64,000 nt of DNA from Coprothermobacterota bacterium (GTDB lineage: Bacteria; Coprothermobacterota; HKB111). The notes under the pieces are model-generated. The model saw nothing but the letters and a program-made list of their open reading frames with translations, had not been told where the DNA came from and did not search any database. A program made the translations under genes and the position numbers. This document shows, piece after piece, positions 1-10,507 of this stretch; positions within the stretch are counted from its first letter, which is position 1, and every line of letters starts with the position of its first letter. Location: NCBI GenBank assembly GCA_037446255.1, contig JBBIIY010000005.1, positions 2,859 to 66,858 of the forward strand. The letters are read 5' to 3'.

Positions 1-486
1 GCCAAAGCCCTGGGTGGTGGTATTTTGCCCGTGGGAGTTTTCATCGGTACTCCAGAAGTCTGGAAAGCATTTGAACCTGTACCTTTAATACATACCTCCA
101 CTTTTGGTGGCAATCCTCTGGCAGCTACTGCAGTCCTGGCTTCTCTCCAGGTTCTGGTGGAAGAAAATATCGCTGAAAAAGCTCGCAATGGTGGTATAAA
201 GCTAAAAAGTGAACTTCAAAAAACTGCCAATGAATTCCCATCTATCGTTAAAGAGGTCAGAGGAAAAGGTTTATTACTGGGCGTAGAATTTATAGATGCA
301 GGATATGCCGGTTCAACTATGATGAAAATGGTGGAAAACGGTGTTATTGTTGCTTACACGCTTAACAACCCGAAAGTCATTCGTATAGAGCCTCCTTTAA
401 TTATAACCGGGGAGGAAATAACTACTGTGGGTGAAGTTTTCAGAAAAGCGGTCTCTGAAACCGTAAAATTATTGGGAGGTTATTAA
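1..486 (+). CDS. class-III PLP-dependent aminotransferase, C-terminal part (5' end lies outside the window)
   Basis: Frame 1 is open from nt 1. The tail (AKALGGGILPVG...STFGGNPLA...VRGKGLL) matches the conserved C-terminal half of acetylornithine/ornithine/putrescine-type aminotransferases. It is paralogous to the ORF at 7781-8992. Confidence 0.8.
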   Translation, partial: AKALGGGILPVGVFIGTPEVWKAFEPVPLIHTSTFGGNPLAATAVLASLQVLVEENIAEKARNGGIKLKSELQKTANEFPSIVKEVRGKGLLLGVEFIDAGYAGSTMMKMVENGVIVAYTLNNPKVIRIEPPLIITGEEITTVGEVFRKAVSETVKLLGGY

Positions 487-929
487 TGCCCGTAGTTATA
501 GAAAATATAGAGATTAAAGGTGATTCCAAAAAAATATTTGAAATAATAATGGACCTGGAAGCGTATCCTCAATATATGAGTGCTGTCAAAAAAATTGAAA
601 TAGTAGAGAGAGGTGAAGGATATGTGCTTTCCAGGTGGACAACTTCGGCCTCGGGAATAACTTTAAAATGGACGGAAAAAGATACTTATGACCAGGAAAA
701 TCTTACTGTTAACTATAAACTAACCCAGGGCGACATCTCTAAATTTGAAGGCTACTGGAAAGTGATACCGGTTACTGATAATTTGAATAAAGTTGAATTA
801 AAAATTGACTTTGATATAGGTGTCCCCATGCTGGAAGCATTTGTTGGTCCTATGGCCAAAGCGGTGGTTACCCAGAATGCTAAAGGGATGCTGTATGGTC
901 TGAAGGAGAAAATTGAAGGTGGTTTATGA
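486..929 (+). CDS. SRPBCC (START/polyketide cyclase-dehydrase-like) family protein
   Basis: 147 aa. Start is coupled to the upstream stop (TAATG). Length and pattern (IEIKGDSKKIFEIIMDLEAYPQYM...FEGYWKV) are typical of RatA/CoxG-like SRPBCC proteins. Confidence 0.55.
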   Translation: MPVVIENIEIKGDSKKIFEIIMDLEAYPQYMSAVKKIEIVERGEGYVLSRWTTSASGITLKWTEKDTYDQENLTVNYKLTQGDISKFEGYWKVIPVTDNLNKVELKIDFDIGVPMLEAFVGPMAKAVVTQNAKGMLYGLKEKIEGGL

Positions 930-2313
930 TGTAATCATCGTGGGGGCAGGACCTGCAGGGATATTCACCGCCCTTGAGCTTACAGACAAAGCTCCAGCAC
1001 TAAAAGTTTTATTGCTGGAAAGAGGTCCCTCTATAAAAGACCGTTCTTGCCCGATGAATGAAAAAGGGGTTTGTATTTTTTGCAAACCCTGCCAGGTTTT
1101 ATCAGGTTTTGGTGGAGCTGGAGCATTCTCGGATGGAAAGCTCACTTTCAGTCAGGATGTTGGGGGTCATCTTTCCAGATACATACCTGCCCAGGAACTG
1201 GAAAATTTATCCCATAGAGTTGAAGATACTTACCTCAAATTCGGTGCTCCGCTTGAAAGGGTGTACGGTCTGGACAGTGAAGCCACCCTGGAATGGGAAA
1301 AAAAGATATCCGTAGCTGGTATGAAATTTACCCCTATGAAAATCAGGCATCTGGGTACCGACAACGCTTACAAGATATCTGCTGCTATGCAGGATTACCT
1401 ATCACAAAACCTGGACTTTCTTGACAAGACCGCTGTAAAAGAAATAATGGTAGAAGAAGGAAAAGTTGTTGGTGTGATCACAGAAAAAGGAGAAGAGTTC
1501 AAAGCAAAATATGTGGTTTTGGCTCCCGGAAGGGAAGGTTCCTCCTGGATTCAGAAGGAAGCTAATAGATTGAACCTTCACCTGGAGAGAAACCCGGTGG
1601 ATATTGGAGTCAGGGTTGAAGTAGAAGCTCCGGTTCTGGAGCATCTGACAGATATTTTCTATGAAGTAAAACTGCAAAGGTATTCCAAGCCTTTTGAAGA
1701 CAAGGTTAGAACTTTTTGCATGTGTCCACACGGAGAAGTAGTGCAGGAGTGCGCAGACCATACTATTACCGTAAATGGCCATAGTTATGCTGATAAAAAA
1801 ACACGCAATACAAACTTTGCCATACTGGTAAGCACCACTTTTACCGAACCTTTCAAAGATCCTATTGGCTATGGAAGGTATATAGCTCGCCTGGCAAACC
1901 TGCTGGGGGGAAATATTATTATACAAAGGTTGGGTGATTTACTTTCTGGCAGGAGGTCCACTATAGATAGGATCAAGAACTCTTTGGTAGTACCAACCTT
2001 AACTACTGCTACCCCAGGAGATTTAAGTTTTGTCCTACCTTACCGCCATATGACCAATATTCTGGAAATGCTTAAAGCCTTTGATAGTATTGCTCCAGGT
2101 GTTTATTCTCCTTACACCCTGCTTTACGGGGTGGAGGTTAAGTTCTACTCTTTGAGAATGGATTTGAGTCCAGAATTGGAAACGAAAATAGAAGGCCTTT
2201 TTGCTGCAGGTGATGGCGCTGGAATAACCCGCGGATTGGTTCAATCTGCAGTATCAGGTATAGTAACAGCTAAATCTATCCTTCGCCGGGAAGGTTACGA
2301 ATCCTTAAATTAG
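913..2313 (+). CDS. FAD-dependent oxidoreductase (COG2509-like uncharacterised FAD dehydrogenase)
   Basis: N-terminal Rossmann dinucleotide motif DVIIVGAGPAGIF, ...LLERG, and C-terminal FAAGDGAG motif. The start is TTG at 913; a GTG at 919 is possible. Confidence 0.75.
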   Translation: MKVVYDVIIVGAGPAGIFTALELTDKAPALKVLLLERGPSIKDRSCPMNEKGVCIFCKPCQVLSGFGGAGAFSDGKLTFSQDVGGHLSRYIPAQELENLSHRVEDTYLKFGAPLERVYGLDSEATLEWEKKISVAGMKFTPMKIRHLGTDNAYKISAAMQDYLSQNLDFLDKTAVKEIMVEEGKVVGVITEKGEEFKAKYVVLAPGREGSSWIQKEANRLNLHLERNPVDIGVRVEVEAPVLEHLTDIFYEVKLQRYSKPFEDKVRTFCMCPHGEVVQECADHTITVNGHSYADKKTRNTNFAILVSTTFTEPFKDPIGYGRYIARLANLLGGNIIIQRLGDLLSGRRSTIDRIKNSLVVPTLTTATPGDLSFVLPYRHMTNILEMLKAFDSIAPGVYSPYTLLYGVEVKFYSLRMDLSPELETKIEGLFAAGDGAGITRGLVQSAVSGIVTAKSILRREGYESLN

Positions 2314-2326
2314 TAAGGAGTAAATA

Positions 2327-3547
2327 ATGGCTGATATTAAAAATAAAATCCTGGTTCTCATCTGCGATGGTATGGGGGATAGGTTAACCAATGGATATAC
2401 CCCCTTAGAAAAAGCCTATAAGCCTAATTTTGATTATCTGGCTTCTCAGGGCATACTGGGCATAATGGACCCAATTGCTCCAGGTATCAAGCCCGGAAGC
2501 GATACTTCCCACCTGGCAATTCTTGGATATGACCCCTACAAATACTATACAGGCAGAGGACCTTTTGAAGCTATCGGTATCGGCATGGAAGTTAAAGGGG
2601 GAGATATCGCCTTCAGATGTAATTTTGCTACCTCTACACCCGAACTGGTGATCAAAGACCGCAGGGCGGGTAGAATCAGCGAAGGCACTTCCTTGCTGGC
2701 AGAAATTGTGAATAACCTGGAAATTGATAATATCAAAATCATGTTCAAGGAATCGGTAGAACATCGTGGAGCCCTGGTTTTGCATGGAGAAGGGTTAAGC
2801 CCTTATATATCAGACACTGACCCGCACAGAGACGAGTCATCAGTATTAGAAGCAAAACCTCTGGATAATTCGCTTGAAGCCATAAAAACTTCCGATATTA
2901 TCAATAAGTTCACCAGACTTTCCTATCAGCTTCTTTCTTCACATCCAGTCAACCAGGAGCGACAACAAAAGGGAGAAAGTCCAGCCAACATAATTCTTTC
3001 ACGGGGAGCAGGCCTGGTTCCTCACCTTCCCTCCTTTGAGGAAAAATACCATCTACAGGGAGCATTTATTGCCGAAGTTGGGCTTGTTAAAGGAATTGCT
3101 CGCCTTCTGGGCATGTATGCTCCGGATTTTCCTTTTGCCACGGGCTCATATGATACGGATATGAAACAAATGATATTAACAGCCCTGGAATTTTTAGAAG
3201 AATACAATATAGTATTCGTGAATATTAAAACCTGTGACTTACCCTCACATAACCAAAACTTTGAATTGAAAGTAAGGGTAATTGAAAGAATTGATGAAGC
3301 TATCGCTCCCTTGAAAAATTTTAAGGGCACCCTGGCTATTACTGCTGACCATTCTTCCCCTATTTCTGTGGGTGACCATTCAGCTGACCCGGTACCTCTT
3401 CTTATTACCGGTGATGTCAGAAGAGATGTAGTTAACACTTTTTCTGAAAGAGCTGCTGCCTATGGTGGTTTAAACCGCATAAAAGGATTAGATTTGATAC
3501 CTACCTTATTAGACCTGGCAGGTTATTCAGACAAATTCGGTGCTTGA
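2327..3547 (+). CDS. apgM: cofactor-independent phosphoglycerate mutase, archaeal ApgM type (the closely related 'proposed homoserine kinase' clade cannot be excluded)
   Basis: 406 aa. Alkaline-phosphatase-superfamily motifs LVLICDGMGDR, GSDTSHLA, ITADHSSP. RBS AAGGAG lies upstream. Confidence 0.7.
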   Translation: MADIKNKILVLICDGMGDRLTNGYTPLEKAYKPNFDYLASQGILGIMDPIAPGIKPGSDTSHLAILGYDPYKYYTGRGPFEAIGIGMEVKGGDIAFRCNFATSTPELVIKDRRAGRISEGTSLLAEIVNNLEIDNIKIMFKESVEHRGALVLHGEGLSPYISDTDPHRDESSVLEAKPLDNSLEAIKTSDIINKFTRLSYQLLSSHPVNQERQQKGESPANIILSRGAGLVPHLPSFEEKYHLQGAFIAEVGLVKGIARLLGMYAPDFPFATGSYDTDMKQMILTALEFLEEYNIVFVNIKTCDLPSHNQNFELKVRVIERIDEAIAPLKNFKGTLAITADHSSPISVGDHSADPVPLLITGDVRRDVVNTFSERAAAYGGLNRIKGLDLIPTLLDLAGYSDKFGA

Positions 3548-3558
3548 TTATTTATTAA

Positions 3559-3969
3559 ATGGCTGCTATAACCACCAAGAATCACCAAAATATTAGCTTG
3601 ATTAAAATATTACTTATAATTACCGGAAGCATCTCCCTTTTATTAGGGATTATTGGTATTTTTGTTCCCCTTTTACCAACCACTCCCCTGCTTCTATTAT
3701 CTGCCTGGTGTTATTTAAGAAGTTCAGAAAGGCTATACCTCTGGGTTATACGCAACCGAATTTTTGGGAGTTATATCCGAAATTATCAAGAAGGTAGGGG
3801 CGTTTCGCTATATTTTAAAATCTTTACCCTTATTCTCCTCTGGGGAACTATTTTTTACACTACTGTTTATGTAATTAATTATCTCCCATCAAGATTACTG
3901 CTTTTAATTATTGCTATTTCGGTGACGGTCCATATTTACCTTATCCCTACTTACTGTGATAAACCATGA
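3559..3969 (+). CDS. DUF454/YbaN-family inner membrane protein
   Basis: 136 aa and hydrophobic. Family-typical segment GIFVPLLPTTPLLLLSAWCYLRSSERLYLW. Confidence 0.7.
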   Translation: MAAITTKNHQNISLIKILLIITGSISLLLGIIGIFVPLLPTTPLLLLSAWCYLRSSERLYLWVIRNRIFGSYIRNYQEGRGVSLYFKIFTLILLWGTIFYTTVYVINYLPSRLLLLIIAISVTVHIYLIPTYCDKP

Positions 3970-4001
3970 ATACATCATTTAAGTTTAATTCGAGGTTTTA
4001 A

Positions 4002-4496
4002 ATGAATAATAGTTTGGTTGTTTTTTATTCGCTTGAGAAAAACACAAAATTTATTGCTGAAATACTGAAAGAGGTCTTGCGGGCTGATTTATTGGAGATA
4101 AAACCTAAAAAAGAGATAATCTCTCGGGGAATAATGAAATACTTCTGGGGCGGAAGACAGGTTTATATGGGGGTAAAACCTGTTTTGCTTCCTTTTGACA
4201 AAAACCCCTTTGATTACGAAACTATTATTATTGGAACTCCCGTTTGGGCCTGGACCTTTTCTCCGCCACTACGCACTTTTTTTTCTCAGGTGAAACTGAA
4301 GGATAAAAATATTGCTTTATTCTGCACTTCTGATGGAAGTAGTGGTAAAACCCTGAAAAATATGAAAAGCGCTCTTGAAGGTAACCATTTTCTGGGTGAA
4401 GAAGAGTTTGTAAATGTCTTAACTTATAAAGAAGAAAATAAATTAAAAGCTATAGCCTGGGCGGAAAAACTGCTTTTGTCAAGAATGAAGACCTGA
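4002..4496 (+). CDS. flavodoxin-like protein
   Basis: 164 aa. N-terminal VVFYSLEKNTKFIAE and IIIGTPVW motifs are typical of short flavodoxin-fold proteins. Confidence 0.6.
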   Translation: MNNSLVVFYSLEKNTKFIAEILKEVLRADLLEIKPKKEIISRGIMKYFWGGRQVYMGVKPVLLPFDKNPFDYETIIIGTPVWAWTFSPPLRTFFSQVKLKDKNIALFCTSDGSSGKTLKNMKSALEGNHFLGEEEFVNVLTYKEENKLKAIAWAEKLLLSRMKT

Positions 4497-4601
4497 CCAC
4501 TTGATTATATTGCAAGCACAAATACAATAATACTTTTTTTTGATAAAATTAACATTCTGATAATATAAATAGAAGAAAACAAATAACAGGAGATTATAAA
4601 A

Positions 4602-7028
4602 ATGAAGATTATTATAGTTGGTGCCGTAGCCGGTGGAGCTACAGCTGCTACCCGTTTAAGAAGAATTAAAGAAGAAGCCTTGATTACAATTTATGAAAGA
4701 GGTAATTATGTTTCTTTTGCTAATTGCGGTTTACCCTATCACATTGGTGAAGTTATCAGTAACCGAGATTCTTTAATACTACAAACACCTGATAGTCTAA
4801 AAAGTATTTTTAATTTTACAGTCAAGGTTAATCATGAAGTAAAATCAATTAACCCAAATAATAAAACTGTGAAAGTTAAAAATCTTGATACCAGCGAAGA
4901 GTTTGAAGATACCTATGATTACTTGCTACTTTCTCCTGGATCACAACCGATAAGACCTGACATCAAAGGTATAGAACTACCGAATATCTTTACTTTGAGA
5001 AATATACCGGATATGGATAGCATAATATCGGCAATCTCTCGTGGTGCCAAGAAAGCGGTGGTGGTAGGTGGTGGATTTATTGGTCTGGAAATGGCAGAAA
5101 ATTTACATCACCAGGGTTTAGAGGTTTCTATGGTGGAAATGCTCGATCAAGTATTAACCAGCTTGGATCCTGATATGGCTTCTTATGTTCATCAGGAATT
5201 ATTGGATAACGATATTAAACTCTTCCTGGGTGAAAAAGTAGAAGGTTTTGAGAAAAATACTGAAGGACAGATAGAAGTCTTGCTTTCCAGCGGAAGAAGA
5301 TTAACTACCGATGTGGTTATCCTGGCAATAGGAGTAAAGCCAGAAGTAGTTTTGGCTCAAGAAGCAGGACTAACCATCGGAAAAAGTGGAGGAATACTGG
5401 TTAATGAAAAAATGCAGACCTCCAATGAGTTCATTTACGCCGTTGGAGATGCTGTAGAAGTATATCACCTGGTTATTGGGGCTTCTACCAGAATTCCTTT
5501 AGCTGGAATCGCCAACAAGCAGGCGCGGGTAGCCGCTAACAATATTGCTGGTTTGCCTTCTACTTATGAAGGGGCTTTAGGAACCTCTATCGTGAAAGTT
5601 TTCAATCTGGTTTGTGCCTCTACTGGTGCAAACATAAGACTGCTCGATCAATGTCAGATACCCTATAAAACAGCAGTCATACACCCTTACCAGCACGCGG
5701 GATATTATCCCGGCGCTTCTATGATGCATATTAAATTAATTTATTCACCTGTGGAGGGAAAAGTTCTGGGAGCACAGGTTGTAGGTTTTGATGGGATTGA
5801 TAAAAAAATTGATGTATTAGCCACTGCTCTAATAAATAAGGCTACTGTTTATGATTTACAGAACTATGAATTAGCCTATGCTCCTCCTTTCAGCTCGGCC
5901 AGAGATCCGATAAACAGTTTAGGTTTTATTGCTGTTAACGATATTACCGGTTTTACCCCTTTGATTGACACCTATTCTCTTAAAAACTGCCTTAATAATA
6001 ATTACTTTTTACTGGATGTAAGAAACCCAGAGGAAGTACTGGCTGGTAAAATACCAAACTCCTATAATCTACCTCTTCACGAACTACGCAGTAGATTAAA
6101 TGAAATTCCCAGAGATAAAACCATAATCTCTTATTGTAAATTTGGTTTACGAGGGTATCTAGCCCAAAGAATACTGATACAAAATGGTTTTAATGCCTAT
6201 AATTTGTCTGGTGGATATGACAGCTTTCAAGCCCATTTTAGCCAACCTGAAACCACCATAAGGAGGTTTTCCGAAACAATAACCATGGAAAAACCGCTAA
6301 CAACCAATACTTTCAAAGTGAATGCCTGTGGATTACAATGCCCCGGACCTTTGATGAAACTAAAAGAAGCCGTGTCTAAAGCACAGGTTGGTGAGATTAT
6401 TGAAATTGAAGCCTCAGACCCTGGATTTTATAAAGATGTACAATCTTTCGCTACCTCTTTGAATTTAGAGCTTCTAAATTTGGAAAAAGGGAAAACCATC
6501 AAAGCTTCCTTAAAAATCTCGGATTCAAAAAAAGAGGAAACATTATCTACTTCTTATAGTAATCAGGTAACTATTGTAGTCTTTTCTAATGATTTAGATA
6601 AAGCTATTGCTGCTTTTATCATAGCTAACGGAGCACTGGCCATGGGTAAAAATATTTCTATGTTCTTTACTTTCTGGGGTTTAAATGTTCTAAGGAAAGA
6701 GGGAAAGGTTGCTGTTAAGAAAAATATAATTGAGAAAATGTTCGGATTGATGATGCCCAAAGGTTCTCGCAAACTTATTCTCTCCAAAATGCATATGTTA
6801 GGTATGGGAACCGGAATGATTAAATGGCTGATGAAAAGTTATAATGTAGATTCTCTGGATACTCTTATCAAGTCAACCATAGATAATGGTGGAAAACTGA
6901 TCGCCTGCACTATGTCCATGAATCTGATGGGGATTAAAAGAGAAGAACTATTAGAGGGAATTGAAGAAGGCGGAGTGGCCACTTATCTGGGTGATGCTGA
7001 AAAAGGTTGTATAAACCTATTCATTTAA
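4602..7028 (+). CDS. four-domain fusion: CoA-disulfide reductase-type FAD/NAD(P) oxidoreductase + rhodanese + TusA/SirA-like + DsrE/DsrF-like domain
   Basis: GAVAGGATAA FAD motif. Redox Cys42 in SFANCGLPY. Second Rossmann motif VVVGGGFIGLE. Rhodanese active-site loop YCKFGLRG (Cys512). TusA motif CGLQCPGPLMKLK (Cys576/580). C-terminal region from about aa 656 (VTIVVFSNDLDKA...LIACTMSM) resembles DsrE-like proteins. Confidence 0.85.
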   Translation: MKIIIVGAVAGGATAATRLRRIKEEALITIYERGNYVSFANCGLPYHIGEVISNRDSLILQTPDSLKSIFNFTVKVNHEVKSINPNNKTVKVKNLDTSEEFEDTYDYLLLSPGSQPIRPDIKGIELPNIFTLRNIPDMDSIISAISRGAKKAVVVGGGFIGLEMAENLHHQGLEVSMVEMLDQVLTSLDPDMASYVHQELLDNDIKLFLGEKVEGFEKNTEGQIEVLLSSGRRLTTDVVILAIGVKPEVVLAQEAGLTIGKSGGILVNEKMQTSNEFIYAVGDAVEVYHLVIGASTRIPLAGIANKQARVAANNIAGLPSTYEGALGTSIVKVFNLVCASTGANIRLLDQCQIPYKTAVIHPYQHAGYYPGASMMHIKLIYSPVEGKVLGAQVVGFDGIDKKIDVLATALINKATVYDLQNYELAYAPPFSSARDPINSLGFIAVNDITGFTPLIDTYSLKNCLNNNYFLLDVRNPEEVLAGKIPNSYNLPLHELRSRLNEIPRDKTIISYCKFGLRGYLAQRILIQNGFNAYNLSGGYDSFQAHFSQPETTIRRFSETITMEKPLTTNTFKVNACGLQCPGPLMKLKEAVSKAQVGEIIEIEASDPGFYKDVQSFATSLNLELLNLEKGKTIKASLKISDSKKEETLSTSYSNQVTIVVFSNDLDKAIAAFIIANGALAMGKNISMFFTFWGLNVLRKEGKVAVKKNIIEKMFGLMMPKGSRKLILSKMHMLGMGTGMIKWLMKSYNVDSLDTLIKSTIDNGGKLIACTMSMNLMGIKREELLEGIEEGGVATYLGDAEKGCINLFI

Positions 7029-7057
7029 TATTTCAAAATTTTTAAGGAGGTGAAACC

Positions 7058-7615
7058 ATGAAAGTAAAAGAAACCATTAACAAAAGAAGGGCTTACCGTT
7101 CACTTGACCCGGTAGAAATAACCGAAGAGTTCATCAAGGACCTGGCTAAGTGTGCTCAACTTACTCCATCCTGTTTTAATAACCAGCCCTGGAGATTCGT
7201 TTTTGCTTATGATAAAGAGATTCTCCAGAAACTTTTCACAACCATGTCCCGAGGAAATGAATGGACTCATTATGGTTCCATGATTATCGCTGTCTTAAGT
7301 AAAAAAGAGCTTGATTGTGATATAAAAGGGCGTGAATATTTTCTCTTTGACACAGGTATGGCTACTGCTTTTATGATTCTTAGAGCTACCGAACTGGGTT
7401 TAGTTGCCCATCCGATTGCCGGGTTCCGTGAAGAAGAGGTAAAAACCATATTAAATATCCCTGAAGATATGAAAGTGATAACTCTGGTTATTGTAGGAAA
7501 ACATGCTGATGATATAAAACCTCTGCTTACCGAAAAACAGGTCAAAGATGAACCGGTAAGACCAGAACGCCTACCCCTGGAAAAGTTTGCTTACTATAAT
7601 AATTATTCAAGCTGA
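7058..7615 (+). CDS. nitroreductase family protein
   Basis: 185 aa. RRAYRSL...PSCFNNQPWRF motif. RBS AAGGAGG upstream. Confidence 0.8.
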   Translation: MKVKETINKRRAYRSLDPVEITEEFIKDLAKCAQLTPSCFNNQPWRFVFAYDKEILQKLFTTMSRGNEWTHYGSMIIAVLSKKELDCDIKGREYFLFDTGMATAFMILRATELGLVAHPIAGFREEEVKTILNIPEDMKVITLVIVGKHADDIKPLLTEKQVKDEPVRPERLPLEKFAYYNNYSS

Positions 7616-7780
7616 TATTTTTCAAGCGTTTATCCTGCAAATAAAGTAAGCCCTCTATTTGAAAACAAAACGCGGTCCATTGATGGTTTGGTTCTTATCG
7701 GTATTGGTATACGGATACTTACTGAGCACCTGTTTTTTTAAAGTATCAATTATTAAACCACCACCAACAGTATTTGAAGT

Positions 7781-8992
7781 TTATATTGCGAACACCTTAT
7801 TTATCCTTTCCATCGCCCAGTCTAATTCATCTTTAGTAATTATAAGTGGTGGGGCAAACCGAACAACATAATCATGAGTTTCTTTACACAATACCCCTTC
7901 AAGCATTAATTTCTCACAATAAGGTCTTGCCTTACTATAAAATTCCACCCCAATCATAAGTCCCCTACCTCTTACTTCTTTTATGTTCGTGCTCTTGATT
8001 TTCTTTAATTGGTTTATGAAGTACTCTCCCATCTGGAAAGATTTCTCAACCAATCTTTCTTCTTCAATAACTTCCAGGGCTGCTATGGCACAAGCACAGG
8101 CTAAAGGATTGCCCCCAAAGGTTGAACCATGAGAACCTGGTTCAAAAACCTCTAAAATATCTTTATTGGCCACAACTGCAGATATCGGTATCACTCCACC
8201 ACCAAGAGCCTTTCCCAGTATATAAACATCAGGAACAACCTTTTCCCAATCACAACAAAACATCTTTCCGGTTCTCCCCAGACCTGTCTGGATTTCGTCT
8301 ACCATAAACAAAATGTTATTCTCCTGGCAAATTTCATAAGCTTCTTTTAAAAATCCCTCTGGAGGGATAATTATTCCACCTTCACCCTGTATTGGCTCTA
8401 CCAAGAAAGCAGCCGTGTTGGGTGTGATAGAAGCTTTTAAAGCAGCTGTGTCCCCATAAGGTATAACCTTAAACCCTGGAGTAAAAGCTCCAAAGGCTTT
8501 CCTATATTCCTCAGCGGTGCTAAAAGACACTACCGTAACAGTTCTACCGTGAAAATTACCCTCACAAGCTATAATTTCCGCCTTATCCTGAGGTATATCT
8601 TTGTGGTAATAAGCCCATCTACGAGCAGTTTTTATGGCTGTTTCCACTGCTTCGGTACCGGTGTTCATGGCTAATACCATATCTTTTTTGGTAACTTCAG
8701 CAATTTTTTCGTAAAAGGGGCCTAATTGTTCATTATGAAATGCCCTTGAAGTAAGAGTAACTTTATCAGCCTGATTTTTGAGTGCTTTAATGATTTCGGG
8801 ATGACAATGACCATGATTTAAGGCCGAATAACAACTGAGCATATCTATATACCTATTTCCTTCAGGGTCAAAAACCCAAACACCCTTAGCTTTGGAAATA
8901 ACAATCGGTAGTGGTTTATAATTGCTTGCTCCATACTTTTCGGTTAACTGAATAATTTCCTGACTTTTATCCACTTTTATTCTCCTTATCAC
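7781..8992 (-). CDS. rocD: ornithine--oxo-acid aminotransferase-like class-III aminotransferase
   Basis: 403 aa. [36 protein letters not shown] and STFGGNPLA motifs. Confidence 0.8.
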   Translation of the reverse strand: MIRRIKVDKSQEIIQLTEKYGASNYKPLPIVISKAKGVWVFDPEGNRYIDMLSCYSALNHGHCHPEIIKALKNQADKVTLTSRAFHNEQLGPFYEKIAEVTKKDMVLAMNTGTEAVETAIKTARRWAYYHKDIPQDKAEIIACEGNFHGRTVTVVSFSTAEEYRKAFGAFTPGFKVIPYGDTAALKASITPNTAAFLVEPIQGEGGIIIPPEGFLKEAYEICQENNILFMVDEIQTGLGRTGKMFCCDWEKVVPDVYILGKALGGGVIPISAVVANKDILEVFEPGSHGSTFGGNPLACACAIAALEVIEEERLVEKSFQMGEYFINQLKKIKSTNIKEVRGRGLMIGVEFYSKARPYCEKLMLEGVLCKETHDYVVRFAPPLIITKDELDWAMERINKVFAI

Positions 8993-9127
8993 AAGATGTT
9001 TAATATTGTTTTTGTTATAGATGCTTTTTACTGCTTAGCTTTCAATTCAATGTATTAAATTTAACCATAGATTTTTTTAATTACCTTATTTATTATATAA
9101 CTTCTAATAATGATTAAAAATAATTTG

Positions 9128-9192
9128 CCTCCCTACCAGGAGAGGGAAAATATGGAATTGCCACGACTTCTTTTTAAAAGTCTCGCGAAGAC
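9128..9192 (+). repeat. dispersed intergenic hairpin repeat (family 1: G-rich prefix + GGAATTGCCACGAC-hairpin-GTCTCGCGAAGAC)
   Basis: Read directly. Core ggaattgccacGACTTctttttaaAAGTCtcgcgaagac has relatives at 21785-21823(-), 24334-24409, 38355-38392, 45858-46054 and 49374-49553. Confidence 0.7.
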
Positions 9193-9300
9193 GAAAGAGG
9201 AGAAAATAGTTGAAATAACTACAAAAGCCTGTTATAATGTAAATATTATTTATAGGAGGATGGCGTTTACTTTTTAAATCAGCGCCTTGTTTATAGAATT

Positions 9301-10461
9301 ATGAAATATTTAATACTTGGTGGCGGACTTCAAGGCAGAGCACTTGCTTTTGATTTATTGACTTATGACCCTGGTTGCGAAGTTGTAGTTGGTGATAACA
9401 ACGAGGAAAACCTTGAACTCACTCGCAAATTAATTAAAATCGGTGGCTTAAGCACTGTTAAAGTTGATGTATTTGATGAAGAGGCAACAGCCAGAGTAAT
9501 GGAAGGAGTTGATGTTGCCATAAGTTCTTTACCCCATACCTGGCCCTTTACCGAAAAATTTTACCAGGCAGTGGTAAAAGCTGGTGTTAAAGGTGTTTTA
9601 ACTGACTACTGGGAATGGCAAAGGCACTACGAATTTGACGAACTTTTGAAAAAAGCTAAAACAGCGGTTATCCCCGGATTAGGTATCGTTCCCGGATTTG
9701 GAAATATTTGTGTTGGACAGGCGGCTCACGAGTTTGATCAGTTAGAAGAAGGTGCCATTTACTGTGGTGGATTACCTGTAAGAAAGAACCTTCCTCCCCT
9801 TGATTATATGGAAATGTTCATTATGGAAAGCCTTTTTGACCTTTACTACACTGACCCCCAGATAATTATGGATGGTGAAGTAGTAACCCTTAAATGTGCT
9901 GAGGATATTGAGAAATTTTACCTCCCTGGTGTGGGAGAAACTGAAGCAATATTCACCGATGGTCTTTATAGCCTTCTTAAAACGATGAAAGAAAAGGGTG
10001 TAAGAAAACTCACCGAAAAAACCCTAAGGTATCCCGGTCATTTTGAAAAGGTTGAAATCCTCAGGAGTATCGGTTTTCTGGACAGAGAACCGCTTAAAGT
10101 CGGTGAAATAGAGGTATCCCCCAGGCAATTCACTGAAACCCTGTTTTCCAAAAAACTGAAGAAGATTCCCGGTGAAAGAGATTTTACTTACCTTCTCGTC
10201 AGGGTTAAAGGTATGAAAGACGGTAAACGGGTAGAAAAGAAATGGGAGATTATGGATTACAGCGACGAAGTCAATGGTTTGACTTCCATGGAAAGAACCA
10301 CTGCCTATCCTTCTTCCATAGCTGCCATTATTTTGGCACATGATAAGTCCGATTTATATGGAATATTAGAACCCGAACTATACTTTATCGGCGACAAATT
10401 TAAGAAAATGGTTGATGAACTGGCTTTAAGGGGTATTTTCGTTTACGAAAGTTTACTTTAA
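9301..10461 (+). CDS. saccharopine dehydrogenase family NAD(P)-binding protein
   Basis: 386 aa. N-terminal ILGGGLQGRA Rossmann motif and central PGLGIVPGFGN, typical of the saccharopine/lysine/carboxynorspermidine dehydrogenase family. Confidence 0.7.
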   Translation: MKYLILGGGLQGRALAFDLLTYDPGCEVVVGDNNEENLELTRKLIKIGGLSTVKVDVFDEEATARVMEGVDVAISSLPHTWPFTEKFYQAVVKAGVKGVLTDYWEWQRHYEFDELLKKAKTAVIPGLGIVPGFGNICVGQAAHEFDQLEEGAIYCGGLPVRKNLPPLDYMEMFIMESLFDLYYTDPQIIMDGEVVTLKCAEDIEKFYLPGVGETEAIFTDGLYSLLKTMKEKGVRKLTEKTLRYPGHFEKVEILRSIGFLDREPLKVGEIEVSPRQFTETLFSKKLKKIPGERDFTYLLVRVKGMKDGKRVEKKWEIMDYSDEVNGLTSMERTTAYPSSIAAIILAHDKSDLYGILEPELYFIGDKFKKMVDELALRGIFVYESLL

Positions 10462-10507
10462 GATTAAATTAAATCCTTTTATATTTTTAAGGTAACCAAT
10501 TCAAATC

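Noticed and set aside
1402-1926. Long antisense or overlapping ORFs in the track (for example 1402-1926, 2405-2785, 3022-3438, 10656-11087, 23556-23909, 35124-35540, 40699-41058, 46721-47089, 52181-52537, 61560-61886, 62558-63034)
   Set aside because: Each lies entirely within, and opposite or out of frame to, a gene with clear family motifs. Their translations are low-complexity or Ser/Pro/Ile-rich mirror products typical of shadow ORFs.
7664-7780. An in-frame open extension of 38 codons after the rocD-like TAA stop (possible readthrough or a recent nonsense mutation)
   Set aside because: The protein already ends where homologues end (...INKVFAI), and the extension has no aminotransferase-like sequence. 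It is most likely chance in AT-rich DNA.
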